64,000 nucleotides of DNA from Octopus sinensis. Its lineage: Eukaryota. Where the stretch lies: contig NC_043009.1 of assembly GCF_006345805.1 (NCBI RefSeq), positions 65,844,001-65,908,000 on the forward strand. The letters are read 5' to 3'. The notes beneath the pieces were generated by a model. It saw only the letters and a program-made list of their open reading frames with translations. It did not search any database and was not told the DNA's origin. Shown here piece by piece: positions 55,501 through 64,000 of the stretch (within the stretch, counting starts at the first letter, position 1; each line of letters begins with the position of its first letter). The translations under genes and the position numbers were made by a program.

Positions 55501-57376
55501 AACCAAAGTTAAGTTACTTGCTCAAGAAGGATCACAAAATAGTTGTGAAGTAAAATCTTGAAATTTCCCACAAAAAAGGGCAGAGACTGTGGTTGTGCAG
55601 TTAAGAAGTTCACATTGTAAGTATGTGGTTTCAGTTTCACTCCTACTCTGCAGCACTTGCCAGTACACCTCGTGAGTGAGTTTGGTAGATGGAAACTGTT
55701 AGGAAGCCCATCATACACACACACACACACACACACATATTTTATATACATATATATATGGGGGAAGGTTCTCTGTACCCCTCACTATCACTTGACAATT
55801 AGTGTTGGTTTGTTTACATCCCCATAACTCCCCATAAGTGCATGACCAAAAGAGACCAACTGAATAAGTACTGGACTTACAAAACTAAGTCCTGTGATCA
55901 ATTTGTGGTGCTCCAGTATGGCCACAGTCTAATGACTGAAATAAAAGATACAGATATGGTCAATAGCAGATCCCTGCAAACCTCAAGAGCCCCTGAGCCT
56001 CACATCTATTAACTAATGTTTACTCTGTATAAGACAGAAAACTGGCAGAAGCGTTAACACGCCGGGCAAAATGCTTAGTGGTACTTTGTCTGTCTTTACA
56101 TTTTGAGTTCAAATTCCACCGAGGTCGACTTTGCCTTTCATCCTTTCAGGGTCGATTAAATAAGTACCAATTACGCACTGGGGTCGATATAATCGACTTA
56201 ATCCGTTTGCTTGTCCTTGTTTGTCCCCTCTGTGTTTAGACCCTTGAGGGCAATAAAGAAATAGGTATTTCGTCTGTCTTTGCCTTTCATCCTTTGGGGG
56301 TTGATAAATTAAGCACCACTTGTGTACTGAAGTCAATCTAATCGATTGGCCCCTCCCCTAAAATTTCAGGCCTTGTGCCTAGAGTAGAAAAGAATATTTA
56401 CTGTGTCTATTGACCTGTATTTAATAATGTTAAGTGTTTACTCACCTACAAATCCAGTTACTGATTCACCATTTCTCCACACTACATGGAATCCAAATGT
56501 TGAGTTTGGTTCATGGAAATTACCGATGCCATGGACGAGAGAGTGAGTATTTCCTGCAGCTCCTGGACTTTGTTCCACAGCAGTTCGGTACTCACCTAAA
56601 ATAAATAAATAAATAAATATATCATTCTGTTTATCTTAAAATCATGGATATACAATAGAAAGCCACAAAACTGTGATATTCATCTCGAGAAAGCATCTCA
56701 TTTAGGTGGAGAGAGTTAAAAAGTTAAAGAATAACAAAAGCAACAGTGAAAAGAATCCCAGAGTGGGAATTGTTAAATCTAAATTTCTGCATCTTTGAGT
56801 GCTATTAATGCATTCATGTTGAAATTTTTCTATTGAATGAAATTGCCTGAAAATTCACAGATACCATTATTTTGATTTGAATAACAACTGAAAAAAATTT
56901 AATTGAAATCCGTTTGATACAGACTGCGTACGTGTTAAGAACATGTTTCATTCTTTGATACAAATCACACACAAATCACAATTTGCATCAAGTATTTGTT
57001 TTATAGCCTTATAAGTTAAGTGTCAGTTTAAACGGACGATCGGCATGAATGGGTTAATAGCAAATATCCACCAACAAATGCATGCCTTTGTCAAATTTAA
57101 CCCAAACTGATATGGGCAAACAGTGATTGAGAAATTACTCGTGTAGAAGATAACTGGTGAGCTGGATACAAATTTGAATTATCCTCATCATCATTGTTTA
57201 ATGTCGATTTTCCATGCTGGCATGGGTTGGATGGCTTAACAGGAGCTGGCAAGTTGGAAGACTGCAAAGCTCTGCTGTCTGCTTTGGCGTCCCTTCTACG
57301 GCTGGATGCTCCTTCGAATACCAACCAGTTTACAGAGTGTGGACTGGGTACTTTTTATGTGACACCAACAGCAGTA

Positions 57377-57422
<46 letters not shown>

Positions 57423-60400
57423 CACACAAGAAAGCAGTGCAAAAAAAGTGGAAAAAAGAACAGTTGAGGTGCAGGAGTGGCTGTGTGGTAAGTAGCTTGT
57501 GTACCAGCCACATGGTTCCGGGTTCAGTCCCACTGCGTGGCACCTTGGGTTAGTGTCTTCTACTATAGCCTTCAGGCCGACCAAAGCCTTGTGAGTGGAT
57601 TTGGTAGACGGAAACTGAAAGAAGCCTGTCGTATATATGCGTGTGTGTGTTTGTGTGTCTGTGTTTGTCCTCTAGCATTGTTTGACAACCGATGCTGGTG
57701 TGTTTATGTCCCCGTTACTTCGCGGTTCGGCAAAAGAGACCGATAGAATAAGTACTGGGCTTACAAAAGAATAAGTCCCGGGGTCGAGTTGCTCGATTAA
57801 AGGCGGTGCTCCAGCATGGCCGCAGTCAAATGACTGAAACAAGTAAGAGTTGAATTCAAAAAGGTAGAGCAGAAAAAAAACTTTTCAAACTATTACTCAG
57901 TTTGAAGTGACAGTTTTGTTAAACATTTTTGTCAGACAGTTCTGTCTGACAATATATTCACGCATAATACACATTAGCACTACAGAAGGCACACAGGTGC
58001 AATCACACTAGAAAATATACGTTTGATTAAAATAGGTGGGGATGATTTGAAAGAGATTTAGCTAACGGTACAGGGGAGACAACTTTCTTATATAAATAAG
58101 AGCTATCTCCCTTGAAGTATTCAAACGTTATGGACAGTTAAAAGGAGGTTTTGGACATTTCGCAGAAGCAAAAAGCGTTTACGGCAAACGGTTTGTGCAA
58201 ACCCGTCTGTGACCAACTTAAACGTAAGGGCATAATAAACCTATTCCATCATCCAGTTTATCACAAGCCCTTTCTCCTAAGCTGTCTTCAGTACCGCGGT
58301 TGCTATATTTAGATAGTATTTCTGGGACGCAAAATATTTTTTCCCCACGGGAGTTCTTGACCCCGGTTATGAACTCATTTGCATACAGCCAATCAGAGCT
58401 CAGCTATCAAACTAATTTATGAGCGCACAGCAAGTGATGGGAGATAAGATACGGTCATTTGGATAAGGAATGACCAAGCTTCTTTTCTCTTCTAAAAATG
58501 CTTGTTTTCTCTTTTAAGAATGCTTGTTGTTCTTGTTCTTGTTGCAACCATGGCTGCCTCTGAGTAGTTATTTGTGTTGTTGTTTACTTTGTAAAACAGC
58601 AAAGGGAGAAGGTTGCTAGCATATCACTCTCTACCCACATCTTTACCATATGGGGCCCTAACAAAATCCGATAATAGGTATGGATGAAAATCTATCTAAT
58701 TATTTGTCTCCTAACTTGGCCATCGGTCAACTTACAACACTGTTCTTCGTCTTTAGTTTACTTGGTAGAGTGTGTCTGTTAAGTTGATAAGGTCAAAGTG
58801 AGCTCTGATTGGCTGTATGCAAATGAGTTTATTACTGGTGTCCGGAACTTTCGTGGGAAAAAAAAAAATTTGCTTCTGGGGACAGAGGATAGCTTCCACT
58901 TTTCTCTCTCTCCAAACAGATCTCAGGTTACTGAAACTTCACAGATGCTATTAAAACAGGGACAAAAAAAAAAAAGGGAGGTGGTATGCTACATTGTAGA
59001 TCTGCCCAACACACACGTTTATCCCCACCATAACCAAATATTAAGAATTAAGCCAAATATAGAAGAATAAATAAAACCAATAATAAAATCAGCAATTACG
59101 TTCAGAAAGCAAATACCCCCAGAAAGCAAATATAGAAAACCATGTATTGAATACACCCAGCATAGATTAGGAAGGGTTGGGTACCTCAACCACTTAGCCA
59201 TGCACCTTCACCCAAAAAGTCACATCATGTTTTAATGCACAAAATCTCTGTTCCTGAATATGTGCAGCTGAAATTGGAATGCACTGAATATGCCAGGCAT
59301 TTGTTATGTCATCAAATATGGGACATAAATTAAAAAAAACAAAAAAACATTTGCACACAAATCCATTAAAAAATAATAAAAAATAAGAGAAGAAAGTGGA
59401 AGCAATCAACATTACTATCACCACCACCATCATCAGTAGCAGCCGTCCAAGAATTTGGACCTGGAGATCTCCATTTCCAGAGACTTTGAGGGCCACCTCC
59501 CAGTGGTGTTGGGCGTCAACGAAGAGCCCTTGACTACAAAAAGATGATCAAAGTTTTTTTTTTTTTTTTTTTTTCCTAAGGTCTGGGATCTCCCGCCCCT
59601 AAGCCCTAGACCATCACCTAATCACCCTTACCCATCTTGTTGCTTAACAACAACAATCATCAGTAGCAGCAGTCACAGCGTTACGGAAACGAGGAAGAGG
59701 TGTATGGGGAAGGAATTTTGAAAGAAGAGCAATTTCAAATCATTAAATTAATTAAGAGGATAGAGAGAAGAAAAGAACAGAAAAGAGAAGAGTATGAAGC
59801 TGTTACCTTTGATTATACCGGCATTGTCTTGTTTGAGTATAACCTCTGAACCAAGCTCATTGTACCATGTTCCCTCTAGTTTACACGGCGGTGTGGCTGA
59901 TTCTGGAAGGCAAGAACACATGAGTTGATAAGAATTTCTTAAAAGGTAGGCTTTGATAATGCCACAGAGAAGTCTAGTCAATGTTTTCTTCAATTCCAAT
60001 ATTTGTGGGGTGGCAATGGAACTACTGAAGAACACTTTCATTCTCAACAACCTTTTGAGTATGAATGGGGTTTCTTCTTAGAATCAAAGATGAATGGTAA
60101 GAGCAGTTGTAGGAAATTGTACCGTAAACATTTTTGCCATAGGAAAATTCACCATAAAAAAATATATTCACTACCAAAAAGTATATACACTGTCAAAAAA
60201 TATATTTTCCGTTAAAAAATATATTCTCTGTCAAAAAATGTATTCTCTGTCAAAAAATATATTCACTACAAAAAAATATATTTACCATCAAAAAATATAT
60301 TTATCATCAAAAAATATATTTATCATCAAAAAATATATTCTCCGTCAAAAAAAGAAAAAAAAAAAGATTAGCCGTTTTCTTAAAATGGTAACTTCAACTA

Positions 60401-62917
60401 ATCTTCTAATTAGAGAAAGATAATTTTCTTTTTTAAGTGAGTCATTGAAGTTTGCAGTCAGCGACATTTTCTACAGCAAATTTTCCCACATGGAAAATGT
60501 TTACGATGAATTTTCTGGACATGAGTAAGAGCATAAGAACATGTGAAGACTTGTCTATATGCAGAAAAAGAATGAGATTTTGAAGTGATTTGAAACTGTG
60601 AAACAAGTTTACTTCGTGCCATTAAGTGCAGCGAGGTGGAAGTAAGGTGTTGTTGAACCCCATGTCTGCCATGACCAAGCAGGCTTGCAATCAAAAGCAT
60701 TCCATTCATGACCATCCCATCTTTTTGCTTAGAGGTAATGCAGTACCATGGACTAAATTATCCAATATATTATTCTTAAGACAACTGAAAGTGATTTAAA
60801 GGCTACGATTGGTGTGTAGAGCTAACAGAGAAGTGATGAGCAAAGGCTAAGGGGCAATAAATGAAGCTGAGTTAGTTATAGGGACAACATTTCTATCCAG
60901 TTCCTATCGACACTATGTGCCACTCTGACACCCACATCTGCCAACCACACTGAGCAGGGCCACTTACTCATTGCTGCCGCTGGACGGTGTTGTGGGTGGC
61001 GTTCTTTGCCAGCACTGGACAACCTGTTAGGTTTACGTTTGGCGAAATTCCTATAGAATCCATGTGAGTCATACTTCTTCCATCGGGTGTCAGTGCTCTC
61101 CCGCAGCAGTGGTTCCCATGATTCTGCAACAAGAACCAGGTTATTCTGCATAGAGAAACTGACATCACAGAAATATCGGATTTTTTTTTAAAAAAAAAAC
61201 AATTCAAATAAACTCTTTTATTTTTTTTTTTTCAGAATTCAGATCAGAGTTGGGGGTTTAAATATTTAAAAATAAAAATAAAAGAAACAATTATATACAA
61301 CAGGCTTCTTTCAGTTTCCATCAACCAAATCCACTCACAAGGTTTTGGTCGGCCTGAGGCTATTGAAGGGGACATCTGACCAAGGTGTTGTGCAATGACA
61401 CTGAACTCAAGACCCCATGGTTGTGAAGCAAGATTCTCAACCACACAAACTGTGCCTATATTTTCCCAGTTAAAAGTTGATTGATAAAGATTTCAAAGAG
61501 GTCAGTGTTACCAATGAGTTTGAGATGGTGTGTGTGTGTGTGCGTGTGTGTATAGATAGATAGATAGACAGAGAGACAGATAGATGGATAGATAGACAGA
61601 CAAACAGATTGATAAGTAGAATGATAGACAGACAGACAGACAGATAGATAGATATGTTTCTTTATTGGCCACATAGGGCTGAACATAGAGGGGACGAAAT
61701 ACAAAGTAGAGTTTTTCTTTTTGGGAAGAGGAAAAAAATAAAAGTGGATCGAATTTCGATCAAAAGATAGATAGATTGATAGATAGACAGACAGACAGAC
61801 TGATAGATAGATAGATAGATAGACGATAGATAGATAGACAGACAGACGGATGGATGGATAGATAGATACTACCTCAAAAGCACCCAGTACACTCTGTAAA
61901 GTAGCTGGGATTAGAAAGAGCATCCAGCAGTAGAAGCCATACCAAAGCAGACAATGGAACTTGGTACATTACTATGACTGACCAGTTCCTGTCAAACCAG
62001 CTGACCCAAGCGGTTTTATACGAGTACCAGTGTGTGCATAGGTGTGTGTGTGTGTGTTTGTATATACACAGTCAAAAGTGATTAAGCTTACTACGAACGC
62101 AACTCTGTAAGCTGTTGCTGATGCCACACACATCCAAAACTCCAACATTATATTATTGCAAAGATACAAATTTGGAAAGCCCAGATCGAAAGGAATGGCT
62201 CAACCATGCAGCCACATTGAAAAACAAAAAACAAAAATAAAATGAGCATTATCTTTTAATCTTTAACTTGCTCCAGTCTTTAGACTGCGTCCATGCTGGA
62301 GCACAGCCTTAAAGAAATTTTAGTTGATTGAATGAACCCAATTGCTTACTTTTAAATCTGTTGCTTATTTTATCAGTTTCCTTTTGCCAAATTGCTAAGG
62401 CATGGAGATGTAAACACACCAATGCCAGTTGTCAAGCAGTGGGGTGGAGGGCAAACAGACAGACAGACACCCCTTCCCACATATGGACAACGGGCTTCTT
62501 TCAGTTTCCTTGTGTCAAACCCACTCACAAGAATTTGGTTGGCTCAAGGCTACAGTAGAAGACACTTGCCCAAGATGCCATGCAGTGGGACTGAACCCAG
62601 AACCATGTGGTTGGGGAGCAAGCTTCTTATCACACAGCCATGCTTGCACCTATTGTGGCAAGGAAACTGAAATGATGTCCTGAAATCTATGCATTTCTAA
62701 TAATAATAAAAATAATATTTGCCGGGTCATAGTGCTTGTATTTTAATATAGCATTGTGTAGTTTGAGGGTGACTTTGATATTATTTCTAGCTTCCTCTGA
62801 AGGACTGACTTGGTAGGTTCCATAATGAAGATGGTGCTGTTCTAGAAGAGACTTACCTGGTAAATTTGACAGTTTCACTAATGGTTTCATAGATTTGTCA
62901 CTTGAAGAAGAATAATT
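49460..62917 (-). CDS. Spliced avidin-domain protein with N-terminal extension and GPI-signal-like C-terminus (5'-partial); join of 62917-62857, 61123-60968, 59902-59807, 56595-56446, 51371-51225, 49599-49460
   Basis: The six exons have canonical AG/GT boundaries, all five introns are phase 1, and they join into one 750-nt frame: NYSSSSDKSMKPLVKLSNLP ESWEPLLRESTDTRWKKYDSHGFYRNFAKRKPNRLSSAGKERHPQHRPAAAM KSATPPCKLEGTWYNELGSEVILKQDNAGIIK GEYRTAVEQSPGAAGNTHSLVHGIGNFHEPNSTFGFHVVWRNGESVTGFV GQCHSTCALEQMDTLEMRWILWQSIDKCQDHWRSTLYGVNTFTRYEQAA GPRKAENVHVPNRAGEDIKPIEPISASCCHGASFLSLLFILLLVAL*. The avidin signatures CxLxGxWxNxLGS, GxYxTAV, FGFxVxW, TxFxGQC and W...W..T..G.N.FTR are all present in order. 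Confidence 0.88.
49630..49990 (-). mobile_element. SINE family C, in the last intron next to the terminal exon acceptor
   Basis: catcatcgtttaacgtcc...ggatgcccttcctaatgccaac plus internal repeats. Confidence 0.75.
50378..51125 (+). mobile_element. SINE family B copies (one interrupted by a foreign segment at about 50495-50700)
   Basis: Family B heads at 50378 and about 50995, tail at 50770-50955. Confidence 0.75.
51225..51371 (-). CDS. Avidin-domain exon C (GQCHSTC...MRWILW...DHWRSTLYGVNTFTRYEQAA)
   Basis: Acceptor cgcttacag|GT, donor GCAG|gtacc, 147 nt, phase 1-1. Aligns by eye to the avidin C-terminal strands (GQC...MWLL...DDWKATRVGINIFTR). Confidence 0.93.
51539..51767. mobile_element. 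piggyBac-type MITE with TTAA target duplication
   Basis: TTAA-ccctttc(t)ttac ... gtaatgaaaggg-TTAA. Confidence 0.8.
52521..52666. mobile_element. hAT (Charlie-like) MITE with 8-bp TSD
   Basis: TIRs cagggggttcccaacct / aggtcgggaactactg. Flanks are cattaagg and cattaaga. Confidence 0.8.
52720..53230. mobile_element. Family E element as a head-to-head inverted dimer with 13-bp TSD
   Basis: tattaagagttgt at 52707-52719 and 53231-53243. A box tggcgtagtgg at 52969-52979, B box gttcgattcc at 53014-53023. Hammerhead cores at 53111-53142 (+) and 52764-52807 (-). Confidence 0.85.
53350..54110 (+). mobile_element. Cluster of family A SINE copies with (ATT)n tails
   Basis: Heads at about 53468 and 53915, and three or more cores. 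Confidence 0.78.
54268..54498 (-). mobile_element. CR1-type LINE 3' end with (ATT)n tail
   Basis: The minus strand translates VRKQHSSHDFRKHFFTLRVAEAWNKLPASVV (CR1 C-terminal RxxFFxxRVxxxWNxLP motif). Confidence 0.82.
54776..55485. mobile_element. Long inverted-repeat element (about 200-bp arms); left arm interrupted by a family A SINE (about 54928-55105)
   Basis: ttgtttgccaacataacatggcagtcctggtttagga... is the reverse complement of ...tcctaaaccaggactgccatgttatgttggcaaacaa. The inner ends carry ctgatga...gaaa motifs. Confidence 0.8.
56036..56395 (+). mobile_element. SINE family A composite copy
   Basis: Head, unit with tail 1, junction aaatag|gtatttcgtctg, then unit with tail 2. Confidence 0.82.
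56446..56595 (-). CDS. Avidin-domain exon B (GEYRTAVE...FGFHVVWRNGESVTGFV)
   Basis: Acceptor tattttag|GT, donor GTAG|gtgagt, 150 nt, phase 1-1, open frame. Contains the GxYxTAV and FGFxVxW motifs. Confidence 0.93.
57470..57850 (+). mobile_element. SINE family B, full length
   Basis: Complete head (gcaggagtggctgtgtggtaag...ggttcagtccc) through tail (gactgaaacaagtaagag). Confidence 0.88.
58324..58878. mobile_element. TIR element (MITE) with long terminal inverted repeats
   Basis: A 31-bp perfect inverted core at 58372-58402 / 58799-58829 extends imperfectly to about 75 bp. Confidence 0.75.
59807..59902 (-). CDS. Avidin-domain exon A (SATPPCKLEGTWYNELGSEVILKQDNAGIIK)
   Basis: Acceptor ccttccag|AA, donor AAAG|gtaaca, 96 nt, phase 1-1. 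Matches the avidin N-terminal motif CxLxGxWxNxLGS. Confidence 0.93.
60156..60346. repeat. 19-bp tandem repeat (aaaaaatatattyhcyrtc), about 10 units
   Basis: Regular 19-nt period by inspection. Confidence 0.88.
60968..61123 (-). CDS. Upstream coding exon (basic linker or propeptide-like region)
   Basis: Acceptor cttgttgcag|AA, donor ATGA|gtaagt, 156 nt, phase 1-1, in frame with exon A. Non-repetitive and GC-richer than its flanks. An alternative AG at 61146 would give a stop if joined to the 62857 donor. Confidence 0.7.
   Translation of the reverse strand, partial: NHGNHCCGRALTPDGRSMTHMDSIGISPNVNLTGCPVLAKNATHNTVQRQQ
62255..62650 (-). mobile_element. SINE family B, diverged
   Basis: Reverse-complement match to family B. 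Confidence 0.78.
62857..62917 (-). CDS. Most 5' exon visible (NYSSSSDKSMKPLVKLSNLP)
   Basis: Acceptor cattttcttgtag|AAT, donor CCAG|gtaagt, 61 nt. Only one frame is open, and it ends in phase 1, matching the next exon. Confidence 0.62.
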
Positions 62918-64000
62918 CTACAAGAAAATGAAATACACTTTAGTATATGTGTGTATATTTGTGATTATATGTGTGTGTATATGTTGGAGGGGAGTAGTCA
63001 TATGTGTACACAATAAATTTACACACAAATTACATTCGGAATGAGTAAAATAACTTTTAGTGCTAATGGCAATTATTGCCAAGAGGAGCAAGGGAGACAA
63101 CCCAAAAATGTTAATTCAAAAAAACCAATATGCAGTAAGAGTAAATTGAATTTTTGTCAGTCATTTTACTTAATTGTTAAATGAGTGAAAGATTGTCTCT
63201 CAAAAGACTAAAGACTAATGCATGAAGAAAACTGTGTTGAATCCTTTAGGATTTAAACCGGTCATGTCCTGCTCAAATATTCTTGCTGTTTTATGTTCAA
63301 AATGGCCAGATCCAGCGTGTCACACTTACCCTACAATGACATTCTAAAAATAAACAATTGAAATCTAAAAGCTATGAGATAATGGTAAAATTAATTCAAA
63401 ACTATGAGAATAAATAAACGTTACATTTGACGACAACCTGACTGTTATGGAGGTAAACCACAAGTGAAAAATATCTCACTCGTCAAAGGAACGTTCTATG
63501 AAAGTCAAACAAGTGCAGTACATGAAGCAGTGACATGGTAGCCATGAAAGCAGAGGACATATTTGTTCCAGCTCTCTGCTGTCTAGGTTCAAACCCAGCT
63601 AAGGCCAACTGTGTACTTTCAGCATTTTGGGGCCAACGAGATAAAGAACCAGAACAGGGTGAGAGATTGGTAGGGGTTCTTTGGGTGCTAGAGTGAAAAA
63701 AAGAAAAAAAACTAGAACTAATGCTGCAAGACATCTTGTGTAAGTTCTTGGGTGGTAGATTGATGCCATTCCCTGGTTTATTAGCGCCACCTGGTCCTTG
63801 ACTATTTCCAGCAAAGTTTATTATGTTCCAAGTTTCTGATTTGAGGGCAACTTCTTCTCTCTGTCCCACCTATCATGGAGTCTCTAAAAAAATTAAAGAT
63901 CAAGGCTACCACCCTTCCTTACCTAACTAAATGGTTAAAACAAACATAAACACACCTGTTCAAAGGTGATTAGGGCTTGGGTTGCAACAACAGACTCTAT

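Noticed and set aside
60968-61207. Alternative frame RITWFLLQNHG...QRQQ* for the 61-kb exon
   Set aside because: It ends in a stop at the donor and is incompatible with the downstream avidin exon phase.
62918-63110. Signal-peptide-like LSPLLLLAIIAIST just upstream of the avidin-like gene
   Set aside because: No in-frame ATG (a TGA lies just upstream), no acceptor, and no phase-0 donor to link it to the 62917 exon.
63483-63869. 128-aa ORF as a further upstream exon
   Set aside because: No convincing donor in the needed phase, it overlaps a decayed SINE-like segment, and it has no recognisable motif.

Overview
Eukaryotic, AT-rich, microsatellite- and SINE-dense genomic DNA. The repeat families and (AT)n/(AC)n/(AAT)n load look like a coleoid cephalopod, probably Octopus (inference). 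Almost every ORF in the supplied track is a repeat artefact. One well-supported spliced gene is present on the minus strand: six GT-AG exons between 62917 and 49460 (750 nt, 249 aa in the window, 5' end not seen). It encodes a basic N-terminal region, a complete avidin domain with most biotin-pocket residues conserved, and a GPI-signal-like hydrophobic C-terminus. The rest is mobile DNA: several tRNA-derived SINE families, CR1-group and R4/Dong-like LINE relics, a mariner relic, and pogo-, hAT- and piggyBac-type MITEs. There are also many Penelope-type hammerhead-ribozyme motifs, often inside inverted duplications. The most unusual element has a tRNA head and a hammerhead motif and is inserted twice as an inverted dimer with 12-13 bp target-site duplications.
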